From the IMG/VR virus record IMGVR_UViG_2740892421_000008, positions 1 through 21,018 of that record: a stretch of DNA of 21,018 bases; one strand, given 5' to 3'. Origin of the DNA: a virus (taxonomy: Duplodnaviria; Heunggongvirae; Uroviricota; Caudoviricetes). Positions 7,336 through 15,150 of this stretch are shown here, piece after piece (positions within the stretch are counted from its first letter, which is position 1; the number at the start of each line of letters is the position of its first letter). The translations under genes were made by a program, and so were the position numbers. A model generated the notes under the pieces. The model was given only the letters and a program-made list of their open reading frames with translations, did not search any database and had not been told where the DNA came from.

Positions 7336-8553
7336 TTACAAACTCGCTACATTCCGCCAGACCCCATTAATCAGAACCTGCACCGGGCGGGCATTGGCCC
7401 AGTCCATACTTTCACCACCGTCAAGACCGCTGATAAGGTGACCTGATGGTGCATTCCCGCCACGCCCAATACCAATGGCACCGCCCAGACGCACATCCTG
7501 TACACCGCCTGTTTTGGTTTGATAGCGGGCATCAAAGTTTCCGTAGTCTGACGGTGTTACCCGACCTGAAACATTCACTGCCCGGTTACTTTGTAACGCG
7601 CCATTCTGAAAACGGAATACGTGCTGACCATTGGCATAAACATCCAGCAGGCCGTCACCATTCTGTTTCAGGCCGGTATCGTTATCTCCGAAAGCAATTG
7701 AGTTTCCACCCAGCGCGTTCTGAACGCCGATACCCAGCGCACCATTGACCTGAGAACCGCCGCCAACAGACACTTTATGCGACATGGATATTTCACCCGT
7801 CCGCAGATTAATAGTGAACGGTCGAAGTGGACCAATATCGCCATTCTCGCCCTGACCTTCACTGGTAGGGATAAGGTGCAGGCACTCTTCCGAACGACGA
7901 AAAATCAGACCAAAGGCTTCGTTGAAAATCCTCAGCGCATTAACACCACGGATTTTCAGTTCCCCGGTCATGGTGTCACCATCACGCTGAACGGCACTTT
8001 TTGCCTTGTCCACCGTAGGTTTTAATCCGAGGTTTTCAACAGCCTCATCCTTGTCTTCCACATCCGAAAGATTCTTTTTTCGTTGCAGATAGCGTCTGTC
8101 TCCGATTTCCTGAGTAATAATGGCCCTGTCCGGATCAACTTCCAGCACCACGTTTTGTGCGTGCGTCAGCCCAAGAACCAGCGTCAGAATAACTTCCTTG
8201 ATAACAGAGTCCGTCTGGTCTGGTAAAAAGGTGTCCGGATAACGCCCGTATGCGATAAGCGTACCACTGTCGCTGATCATCCCCAGTTCACGAAGGGTTT
8301 TACCGGGGTATGATTTGCAGTCAATCACAACATCCCCGCTGATGAATCCCTCCTCCACCGCGCCGTCCGAAAAGGGTTCCTGTCCGAATTCGCCGTACAA
8401 TGATGTCATTGCTGCCATTTCATCCGGCGTGGATGGCAATGCCTGCCCGCCCCCGTCACCAAGCAGAACATGCCGGACGGTCACGGTTTGCCCGTTCTGA
8501 TATGCTGCTTCAATTTCTGCAGCGCCGGACGTTGTCAGAATCAGTCCATTCAT
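7336..8553 (-). CDS. H: Tail fibre protein (P2 gpH-like)
   Basis: 405 aa. The N-terminus (…TTSGAAEIEAAY…HVLLGDGGG…) parallels P2 gpH (…TTAGAAKLAAAT…MAVGDGGG…), and the C-terminal region (ALGGNSIAFGDNDTGLKQNGDGLLDVYANGQHVFRFQNGA…) parallels the gpH C-terminus (ALGGSSIVLGDNDTGFKQNGDGILDVYANSQRVFRFQNGV…). Confidence 0.85.
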   Translation of the reverse strand: MNGLILTTSGAAEIEAAYQNGQTVTVRHVLLGDGGGQALPSTPDEMAAMTSLYGEFGQEPFSDGAVEEGFISGDVVIDCKSYPGKTLRELGMISDSGTLIAYGRYPDTFLPDQTDSVIKEVILTLVLGLTHAQNVVLEVDPDRAIITQEIGDRRYLQRKKNLSDVEDKDEAVENLGLKPTVDKAKSAVQRDGDTMTGELKIRGVNALRIFNEAFGLIFRRSEECLHLIPTSEGQGENGDIGPLRPFTINLRTGEISMSHKVSVGGGSQVNGALGIGVQNALGGNSIAFGDNDTGLKQNGDGLLDVYANGQHVFRFQNGALQSNRAVNVSGRVTPSDYGNFDARYQTKTGGVQDVRLGGAIGIGRGGNAPSGHLISGLDGGESMDWANARPVQVLINGVWRNVASL

Positions 8554-9140
8554 ACACCTGCCTCACTCTGCCCGCCAGTGGGCACTGTCTTTGTTATCAC
8601 ACCGTTACTTCTGATTTTTTCCGTCGCCATCACATAACCGTAACAAAATCCCCGCCCTGTGCTGTTCCCGTAAACGTGAATACTGAACCAGCTGCGCAGA
8701 TTTTTGGCACGGAGCACCGCATGCTTCAGATCCTGATGATCATTCATCAGCACCGGTAAATCCTTCTGCTCCACGTTCAGACGAAAGGTATACGGCTCCC
8801 CGGGTGGGGTCTGCTCATACCACTCAACAATCTGCGATCGGAAGGGACTGTCAGCCAGCGATGCCATCAGCGCCGCTTTAGTCCCTCTGTGGCGGTGGAT
8901 GTAAGCAGCACGTTTTATCGCAGACCTTTTTTCCGTCTCCGTCCAGTGTTCATTCCAGGTATCCACCGCCATTTCCCAGGCCAGCCATGGCAGCAATTCA
9001 GCAGGACATAAATCGGGATTTTTCACATAGCGGATCAGGCAGACCGCTATGTCTGACAGCATATCTCCGGCGACACAGTCCACCACCCGCTCTGCCAGAC
9101 TGGCACTGACCGGCAGTATGCTCCTGATATCGTCATTCAT
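8550..9140 (-). CDS. I: Baseplate/tail protein I (P2 gpI-like)
   Basis: 196 aa; …NPDLCPAELLPWLAWEMAVDTWNEHW… matches the P2 gpI pattern …NPDTCPANLLPWLAWAFSVDRWDEKW…. Overlaps both J and H. Confidence 0.85.
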   Translation of the reverse strand: MNDDIRSILPVSASLAERVVDCVAGDMLSDIAVCLIRYVKNPDLCPAELLPWLAWEMAVDTWNEHWTETEKRSAIKRAAYIHRHRGTKAALMASLADSPFRSQIVEWYEQTPPGEPYTFRLNVEQKDLPVLMNDHQDLKHAVLRAKNLRSWFSIHVYGNSTGRGFCYGYVMATEKIRSNGVITKTVPTGGQSEAGV

Positions 9141-10047
9141 CAGTTGTCTCCACCTTATTCAGCGTTATCTTACGGCACCACGGTGCCTGCCCCATCGCAG
9201 GAACGATATCACTGCCCGGAGAGGTCAGATTCACCGTAATCACCCCGGTCTGGTGAAGGGCACCATCCATGCCAGAACGGGATGCCACCGAGCCAATCCG
9301 GTGGACGCTGTCAGTGTATGACTGCAGCGCCTTGCGGGCATTTGCCATAACCAGTTCACCATCCAGTCCGTAGGGAATATGAATATCCGCCACCACATCG
9401 TAGGGAATAATTTCTGCCGTCCGGACACTGACAAAATCCGTCAGGGGACGGGTTTCATCATCACAGACTGATGCTGCCACCTTATCCAGCAGGGGTTGTG
9501 ATGCAGTGCCATTTCCGGAGCGGGATAACACATAAAGAAAAACCCGGCCTTCCTGCGAATGTGTTTCCGGTCCGTAAGCCTTCACATCCAGCACATCAGG
9601 ATCAGCACTTTGTGCAAAATAGTGATACGCATTTTTCGCGCCGGCGGTGCTGAGCCGTGCCCATGACAACTGGATACGTTCGCGAAAAGCGTCATCATCT
9701 TCATACACCGCCGGCGTGGGCGGAATGGTGCTGTCGTCTGCCGGGGTAATAACCAGCCGCTGAACCTGATAATTCGCGCCAACCTGATCCAGATCGTTCC
9801 CACCGGCACTGGCAAGCAGTACAGCACGGACAGCATCATTTATCTGCTGGCGCATCAGCGCCACCCGATAAGCCAGCGCCTCTGCCCATTTATACGCGGG
9901 ATCAGATTCCACCAGAGCCGAAAACAACGTATCCAGCTCCTGATACTTCGCCACTATCTGAGTGACCAGCACAGCGGTGTCCGGCACCTCCACCGCATCC
10001 GGTACTGGTATCGCGGACAGATCAATAATTGCCTGAGACGTTGCCAA
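9133..10047 (-). CDS. J: Baseplate assembly protein J (P2 gpJ-like)
   Basis: 304 aa; …LVITPADDSTIPPTPAVYEDD…RERIQLS… closely matches P2 gpJ (…LTITPADDSTIPPTPAVMESD…RLRIQQA…). Confidence 0.88.
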   Translation of the reverse strand: MATSQAIIDLSAIPVPDAVEVPDTAVLVTQIVAKYQELDTLFSALVESDPAYKWAEALAYRVALMRQQINDAVRAVLLASAGGNDLDQVGANYQVQRLVITPADDSTIPPTPAVYEDDDAFRERIQLSWARLSTAGAKNAYHYFAQSADPDVLDVKAYGPETHSQEGRVFLYVLSRSGNGTASQPLLDKVAASVCDDETRPLTDFVSVRTAEIIPYDVVADIHIPYGLDGELVMANARKALQSYTDSVHRIGSVASRSGMDGALHQTGVITVNLTSPGSDIVPAMGQAPWCRKITLNKVETTDE

Positions 10048-10378
10048 TTTTTATCTCCTCGAGTCGAATCGTGTCCTGAGTTTCGTTATTCACCCCGACA
10101 AGCGTCAGCCACGCACTTCCTTCTCCTGTCCACGTCACTTCCACCCGCCGGAGAGTCAGACGGGGTTCCCAGCGTTCAAGGGCGGTTACCGTTTCACGGA
10201 CAATTCTCACCCGCGTGAAATCATCCTGTGGGTTATCAAGCAGACTGAAAAGTCTGCTGCCGTATTCCCTGAGCAGGACCCGGCTGCCGACCGGTGTTGA
10301 CAAAATATCAGTGACGGACTGGCGCAGATGTTCGTTACCGTGCAGATATCTGCCGGTGGCTGAATCAATACCAATCAT
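10022..10378 (-). CDS. W: Baseplate assembly protein W (P2 gpW / gp25-like)
   Basis: 118 aa; …DILSTPVGSRVLLREYGSRLFSLLDNPQ… parallels P2 gpW …DILRTPVGSRVMRRDYGSLLASMIDQPQ…. Located between V and J. Confidence 0.85.
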   Translation of the reverse strand: MIGIDSATGRYLHGNEHLRQSVTDILSTPVGSRVLLREYGSRLFSLLDNPQDDFTRVRIVRETVTALERWEPRLTLRRVEVTWTGEGSAWLTLVGVNNETQDTIRLEEIKIGNVSGNY

Positions 10379-10411
10379 GTTGTTTATTCCGGAAAAAGAA
10401 CTGAAAGGGGA

Positions 10412-11035
10412 TTACATTTGCTGACCAGGCTGTCCGGTGCTGCCACCACTGTCGCCCCGGTGATTGTGACCGTTATAGACAATTCTGATTTGACTCATCG
10501 TTCCGTGATAATCAGAAACCTCACCACCGACCATCAGATCCGCCTTAACCACCGCCTCAGCATTCATGGTTGCTTTACCCTGTACGGTCAGGGTATCTGT
10601 GATTTCTACCGGACCGTCCAGGGTTCCCCTGCCTGTAATTTTATAGCTGCCGCCTTCAGCCAGCGTGATGGACAGGACATTAGCCTGACGGTCGTAACGG
10701 ATTTCCGTTCCGGTATCAAACAAAATAACATGTTCGTATTCACTGCCCTCAGGGACAGGAATGGCGTCAATATTGGGCCCCGGATACACCCGACCGTTAC
10801 GCAGATCGCCCGCCTCCGATATCACTGTAACGGCATCTCCGGGGGACGGATAATTACTGACCTGCATGTAGCGCCCGGACTGTACCTGAATCCAGGGCAA
10901 CGGAGGCGAAAGCACATCCCCGATATCCACCCGAACCATCACCGGGCTACCCGGGATCACCTCGTCCACCACGCCGCGACGGACCATGTCCGCCACCCTG
11001 CGGCGTAACTCTGCCACTTCATCCGCCAGACTCAT
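10412..11035 (-). CDS. V: Baseplate spike / assembly protein V (P2 gpV-like)
   Basis: The track ORF 10412..11329 runs through the upstream gene in another frame; the homologous protein starts at the internal ATG 11035..11033 (MSLADEVAELRRRVADMVRRG…) and ends …HGTMSQIRIVYNGHNHRGDSGGSTGQPGQQM. Size (about 207 aa) and the C-terminal H-x-H…GDSGG pattern match P2 gpV. Confidence 0.8.
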   Translation of the reverse strand: MSLADEVAELRRRVADMVRRGVVDEVIPGSPVMVRVDIGDVLSPPLPWIQVQSGRYMQVSNYPSPGDAVTVISEAGDLRNGRVYPGPNIDAIPVPEGSEYEHVILFDTGTEIRYDRQANVLSITLAEGGSYKITGRGTLDGPVEITDTLTVQGKATMNAEAVVKADLMVGGEVSDYHGTMSQIRIVYNGHNHRGDSGGSTGQPGQQM

Positions 11036-11585
11036 CACCGGTGCCCTCCGATTTCCAGATAAGACGATAATCCTGCTCATGTCTCTTGCCGGTTTCCGGT
11101 ACTTTACCCAGCCAGACTTCCTGTAACGGCGCACCTGCCGGAACCGCAAACGGATCTTCGCCGACCGGAATGTCCTGTTCAAAAGAGACACGGAAAACGA
11201 TGTAGTCGTCCAGCAGCCGGTCGAAGGTATCCACCTCAGCATCGATAAAAACCGCCGGATCAACGTTATCCAGCCCGAACGTGGCTCCCTCAATCCAGTC
11301 AGATAAATCCATCGCGAGACAACGGGCAAAAATCTGCGGTTTTGGCACGTTTTCCGTCTTCCCGGCCCGGTCTGTCACCACAAACAGATCACATTTCAGC
11401 GTGACCCGCGTTTGCCCGTCGGCAAAATGAGCCTTGTCCCAGCCCGGTACATCCACAAACACAGCAGGCGTCACCAGTTGCGTCACTTTTTCCGGGTACT
11501 CATCGGCATCTTCCACCCAGGGAATTTGTTTCAGACTGTCAATCACCGCCTGATGCCAGGCGCCCATCATCAATGGCTCCATCAC
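11019..11585 (-). CDS. Hypothetical structural protein at the head-tail junction (putative tail completion / terminator-position protein)
   Basis: 188-aa ORF in the late operon, acidic, translationally coupled on both sides (start overlaps the upstream stop, stop overlaps the gpV start). No family recognised by eye. Confidence 0.5.
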   Translation of the reverse strand: MMEPLMMGAWHQAVIDSLKQIPWVEDADEYPEKVTQLVTPAVFVDVPGWDKAHFADGQTRVTLKCDLFVVTDRAGKTENVPKPQIFARCLAMDLSDWIEGATFGLDNVDPAVFIDAEVDTFDRLLDDYIVFRVSFEQDIPVGEDPFAVPAGAPLQEVWLGKVPETGKRHEQDYRLIWKSEGTGDESGG

Positions 11586-12304
11586 TCCAGCCCCTTAAAT
11601 ACCCGGAATTTCAGTTCATGCTCAAAATTTTTCAGGATCAGTACTTCCGCATCCGGAAAAACAAAATCCTCTATACGGTTCAGCATGGCTTCATAAATAT
11701 CAATTTCCGCTTCACGCACCCTCCGTCGTCCGGATGTCTGTCGGATCAGTATCATTTTCCTTTTTGATATACGTCCGTTACGATTTTCCGCTTCGAACTG
11801 GTTGATAAAGGCATCATCCGTTGACCAGGTGCTGACAGGCAGGGATTCCCCGGCAGGTTTAAAACGGATCTCCCGTGCCTTCCTGCGGTGAGAAGCTGGT
11901 GCAAAACGCCCCCGCTCATCGCGCAACTGATGGCGTTCGCCGCGTCGTCCCCCACTGATGCGTCCGCGCAGATCGCGTACTTTGATGGCGTTCAGACCGA
12001 ACCATACCTTCGCCTCATCAAACTCATCACCGTTACGACGAATGATAAAATTATGCAGAACACGCTTTTTGATCATTTTCTGACTGCGTGGGGCAACCTG
12101 TTTTTTAAACTCTGCCATAGCCTTCATCCGCAGTGCAGACGCGGCTCTTTTCAGCGCCACGCCCCAGGCTTTACGGATCTGACTTTTTGACCCACCCAGT
12201 TTAGCGATAATTTTCAGCACCTCATCTTCATCAATATCGACGACGAGGTTTCGTGCCAGCCGTCGCTGCCGGGCACTGCTTCGTTCATGCTCTCTGACTG
12301 CCAT
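11582..12304 (-). CDS. Hypothetical basic (Arg/Lys-rich) structural protein at the head-tail junction (putative head-tail connector / tail completion)
   Basis: Long ORF on the operon strand between FII-like and gpV. I place the start at ATG 12304..12302 (MAVREHERSS…), giving a 20-nt overlap with the FII stop; the track's start at 12364 would give an 80-nt overlap. The strongly basic composition is reminiscent of lambda gpZ, but no convincing alignment by eye. Confidence 0.45.
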   Translation of the reverse strand: MAVREHERSSARQRRLARNLVVDIDEDEVLKIIAKLGGSKSQIRKAWGVALKRAASALRMKAMAEFKKQVAPRSQKMIKKRVLHNFIIRRNGDEFDEAKVWFGLNAIKVRDLRGRISGGRRGERHQLRDERGRFAPASHRRKAREIRFKPAGESLPVSTWSTDDAFINQFEAENRNGRISKRKMILIRQTSGRRRVREAEIDIYEAMLNRIEDFVFPDAEVLILKNFEHELKFRVFKGLE

Positions 12305-12692
12305 AACGTTTACTCGGTCGTTCCGGTGCAGCAGGTGTATTTCTCCCGGGCTCTCCACGCGCAAGGGTGATGGTAATCACCCCCTGACCCGCAGTGCCTG
12401 ACTCATCCCAGCCGGGATCGACTACCTGATAGGGCTCGCCGTGGATCATGACCCTGTCATATTTTTTCAGACCGGCGGCCCATGCGCTCCGGGTAAATAA
12501 CACGGGTGCAGTATCACGAATTTCGCCGCTGCCAGTGTTCATCCCGGTGTTATCTGCCGGGGCATCAAAAACGGCACGGATTTTTCTTTCCGTGCCGCCC
12601 GGATATATGCTGATTTCCGTCCCCATCGTATCCAGGATGATGTCATCCGCATCACTCATGGCCTGATCGAACAGATTATCGAACATCATCAC
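12285..12692 (-). CDS. FII: Head-tail joining protein, lambda FII-like
   Basis: N-terminus MMMFDNLFDQAMSDADDIILDTMGTE…RAVFDAP matches lambda gpFII MADFDNLFDAAIARADETIRGYMGTS…RGVFDDP. The ORF is 135 aa against 117 aa in lambda, so the 3' end is uncertain. Confidence 0.75.
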   Translation of the reverse strand: MMMFDNLFDQAMSDADDIILDTMGTEISIYPGGTERKIRAVFDAPADNTGMNTGSGEIRDTAPVLFTRSAWAAGLKKYDRVMIHGEPYQVVDPGWDESGTAGQGVITITLARGEPGRNTPAAPERPSKRYGSQRA

Positions 12693-13054
12693 TCCCGGAT
12701 TTTTTCTGCCAGACCGTCTGCCAGCAACGCGGGAACTGTGGCTTCATTAACCAGCACAACACTGGAGGCCCGGGCAAACATCAACATTTTTCCCGTCACA
12801 GCATCACAGGCTGGCATATGCGCCGTTTTCAGCATACGCACCCGGGCGAGTCCCTGCTCAGAATGCATTCCGTCGCCGGATGCATCGTTGCCCACCTCCT
12901 CCTTCCCCGTCTCCTCCCCATCGAATCCGGCGGCCTCCTCCTCCCATTCCGCCAGACGCTGCTCGAGATCGGCTTTTGAACCTGAAATATCTGCTTCACG
13001 CCCCAGAATCACTGCCAGTTCCTGCAAACGTTCAGTCATCTGCTCTTTTGTCAT
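12689..13054 (-). CDS. FI: DNA packaging / head assembly protein, lambda FI-like
   Basis: I place the start at the internal ATG 13054..13052 (MTKEQMTERLQELAVILGREADISGSKADLEQRLAEWEEE…), which parallels lambda gpFI (MTKDELIARLRSLGEQLNRDVSLTGTKEELALRVAELKEE…). The track's longer N-terminal extension would overlap the major capsid gene and the terminator hairpin. Confidence 0.75.
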   Translation of the reverse strand: MTKEQMTERLQELAVILGREADISGSKADLEQRLAEWEEEAAGFDGEETGKEEVGNDASGDGMHSEQGLARVRMLKTAHMPACDAVTGKMLMFARASSVVLVNEATVPALLADGLAEKIRE

Positions 13055-13073
13055 CACATCTCTCCCGTGCGCT

Positions 13074-13099
13074 AAAGAAAAAGGCGGGAATATCCCGCC
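13074..13099 (-). terminator. Candidate intrinsic terminator / attenuator directly after the major capsid gene
   Basis: Minus-strand transcript reads GGCGGGA-UAU-UCCCGCC (perfect 7-bp GC-rich stem, + 13083..13099) followed by UUUUUCUUU. It starts 5 nt after the capsid stop (13105..13107) and lies upstream of the FI-like start at 13054. Confidence 0.45.
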
Positions 13100-13104
13100 C
13101 CGTC

Positions 13105-14133
13105 TTATTTCACCTGAACCACCACAAACGCATCCGGATCCGGCAGCACCATCAACGGCGCAGACTGCGTCATGGTATATTCGCAACCAGGATCCCCCAC
13201 TTCCTCCCAGTGTTTCGGATAACGAATCGCAGAGGTGATCCCTTCACTCAGCGCCTGATTATCCTGGATTGCGCCATAGCAACGGACGCCCTCCGCCTGA
13301 GTGTTTCCCAGAATCAGTGTACCTTCCGGCAGATAACGCTGTTCATCCCCGTTTTCGTCAACATACGTTGTCTTCGCCACCACAATTGCCAGATCGCCGT
13401 AATGACCTTTAAAGGAAACCACGGAGCCCAGGTCTTTCAGTGCCGTTTCCAGCTCAGATTTGGAGCCACGGCGGGTATCCAGTTTCTCACGGAACAGTTT
13501 AAAACCGTTCAGCATACGCCAGACCGTACCGTCCATAATCGCGATATTGATGGTACCGGAAGCAAAATCGCAGTACGCATCAAGATCATGCGTCGGATCG
13601 AAGGTGTCAGCATTCTGCTTTGACCATTCGCGTCCGCCAGCCTGCGTAATGTTATTGGCGGCAGAACGCCCAAAATCCACTTCCACCGTCTCAAACTGCT
13701 CGCCGCTCATAGTGTATTTACCCTGCAGAACAGCACTGACTGCCTGCATTTCTTCCACCTGCACAATCGCCTGCTCTTCCTGTTTCAGGTTGTCCGTCAG
13801 AATACGCAGACGGCGGTAAGCCGGGTCATTAAGGCGGGCCGGATCTTCCCCCGGAAGACGTTCCACAGCCTGCTGATAATCAAAGCGGTGTTTTGGTTTT
13901 ACATAACCGGGACGTAACACGCGGGTTTCACCACCACGGCTGCGCAGCACTTTGCCTGACACCACCGGAGACACATACGCCGCAACCGGTGTTTTGCCGG
14001 TAATTTTATCCAGCATGACTTCCTGAGTATGGAAAGTGATCGTGCGACGAAAGAACAGCTCAAGAAACAGCGCACGAAATTTCACTTTCTGCTCGGTGTA
14101 CCCGAGTAACTGACGCGTGGTAAATAACCCCAT
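13105..14133 (-). CDS. E: Major capsid protein, lambda gpE-like
   Basis: 342 aa, collinear with lambda gpE along its whole length: MGLFTTRQLLGYTEQKVKF…VSPVVSGKVLRSRGG…PGYVKPKH…QVEEMQAVSAVLQGKYTMSGE…KLDTRRGSKSELETALKDLG…MTQSAPLMVLPDPDAFVVVQV. Confidence 0.93.
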   Translation of the reverse strand: MGLFTTRQLLGYTEQKVKFRALFLELFFRRTITFHTQEVMLDKITGKTPVAAYVSPVVSGKVLRSRGGETRVLRPGYVKPKHRFDYQQAVERLPGEDPARLNDPAYRRLRILTDNLKQEEQAIVQVEEMQAVSAVLQGKYTMSGEQFETVEVDFGRSAANNITQAGGREWSKQNADTFDPTHDLDAYCDFASGTINIAIMDGTVWRMLNGFKLFREKLDTRRGSKSELETALKDLGSVVSFKGHYGDLAIVVAKTTYVDENGDEQRYLPEGTLILGNTQAEGVRCYGAIQDNQALSEGITSAIRYPKHWEEVGDPGCEYTMTQSAPLMVLPDPDAFVVVQVK

Positions 14134-14202
14134 AATTTATTTTCCTTCAGAAACACAAACGGGCCGCATCGCGACCCGTTTTTTCAGTTAATCACTTCAC
14201 CA

Positions 14203-14538
14203 TCAGGCGTGGCTGATGGCACTTCCCACAAATGCGTTGGCTTTTTTCACCGCATCCACAGAGTCAGGCCAGACCAGCGACTCAGTGGCAAACGTACCGC
14301 TTTTGTAGTACGTCAGCGTGGGTTCTGTTCCGGTAAGCGCCAGAGCCAGCACCCCCACTGCCGTTCCGGCTTTCTGACCATCCCATGCCACCAGTTTTCC
14401 GGTGGCGTCATCCACCATCAGTGGCGTCAGTGCAGGTGTGGCAGCACTGATACCACTGGTGGCGGTTGCGGTATGCGCCGGATCGCTTCCGGCAAAAATG
14501 CGCACATCTGCACGCTTTTCCGTGGTGGTTTTAATCAT
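14203..14538 (-). CDS. D: Head decoration protein, lambda gpD-like
   Basis: 111 aa; …[37 protein letters not shown]…YYKSGTF…AFVGSAIS… parallels lambda gpD (…[37 protein letters not shown]…FYKSGTF…AFAGTAIS…). Confidence 0.9.
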   Translation of the reverse strand: [111 protein letters not shown]

Positions 14539-14577
14539 TTTTTCAGTCTCCTGATTTATCTGAATTCCGGATACCGC

Positions 14578-15150
14578 TTACGGCATACTCATCAGCAGGT
14601 CTTCTTCCCCGCGCCCGGCAGTTCCGCCACCGGAAACCGCACTGGCAGCATGCTGTGCCATAAAGCGATCAAAAAGTGTTTCCTGTGACGGTTGCGATGC
14701 CGCCGGCGCGGCTGCCAGCAGCGTTTTCGCCTGCGCCACCGTCATTCCTGGCTGTTCTGTCAGTGCCTGTGCAAGTTGTTCGCGCCCTTTCGCCTCCGGC
14801 AGCGCCATAATCTGATCGCCGACACTTGCAGAACCCGCAACCGGTGCCGCCGCCAGTAACGTTTTGGCCTGGTCAACGGTCATTCCCGGCTGTTCAGCCA
14901 GCGCCTGCGCGAGTTGTTCACGCCCTTTTGCTTCCGGCAACGCCATAATCTGATCACCCGTGCTGTCAGTACCGGCAACCGGCGCAGCTGCAAGCAACGT
15001 TTTCGCCTGCTCAACCGTCATTCCTGGCTGACCTGCCAGCATTTGCGCCAGTTGCTCGCGCCCTTTCGCCTCCTGACAATTCAGGATCCCCATCACGCGC
15101 TGATTTTCCTGGACCACCGCTTCAGCAACGGTCAGATTTTTAACTGTCAT
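14578..15150 (-). CDS. nu3: Nested scaffold protein (lambda Nu3-like), translated in the C frame from an internal start
   Basis: Internal in-frame ATG at 15150..15148 is preceded on the minus strand by ACAGGAGGAAACG-ATG, a perfect AGGAGG Shine-Dalgarno (+ 15156..15161) with a 5-nt spacer. Predicted product is 190 aa (MTVKNLTVAEAVVQENQ…) and contains all three repeats. Lambda Nu3 is made the same way from within gene C. Confidence 0.55.
   Translation of the reverse strand: MTVKNLTVAEAVVQENQRVMGILNCQEAKGREQLAQMLAGQPGMTVEQAKTLLAAAPVAGTDSTGDQIMALPEAKGREQLAQALAEQPGMTVDQAKTLLAAAPVAGSASVGDQIMALPEAKGREQLAQALTEQPGMTVAQAKTLLAAAPAASQPSQETLFDRFMAQHAASAVSGGGTAGRGEEDLLMSMP

Noticed and set aside
6788-8553. 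Possible invertible host-range segment (Mu G / P1 C / e14 type) around the fibre and fibre-assembly genes
   Set aside because: No flanking inverted repeats, no oppositely oriented alternative fibre or tfa cassette, and no invertase gene in the window.
10418-11008. 196-aa + strand ORF
   Set aside because: Completely antisense to the gpV-like gene; no independent support.
10412-11329. Track ORF giving a 305-aa gpV with a 98-residue N-terminal extension
   Set aside because: The extension overlaps the upstream 188-aa gene in another frame and is Arg/Trp-rich; homology to P2 gpV begins at the internal ATG 11035, which I use as the start.
12880-13623. 247-aa + strand ORF (Pro/Arg-rich, PPPPSPSPP…)
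   Set aside because: Antisense to the lambda E-like major capsid and FI-like genes, which are confidently identified; low-complexity product.
14698-15072. Possibility that the 138-bp tandem repeats are a CRISPR array or a non-coding satellite
   Set aside because: The repeats are in frame within a long ORF, have no short spacer/repeat alternation and encode a conserved peptide module, so they are coding repeats.
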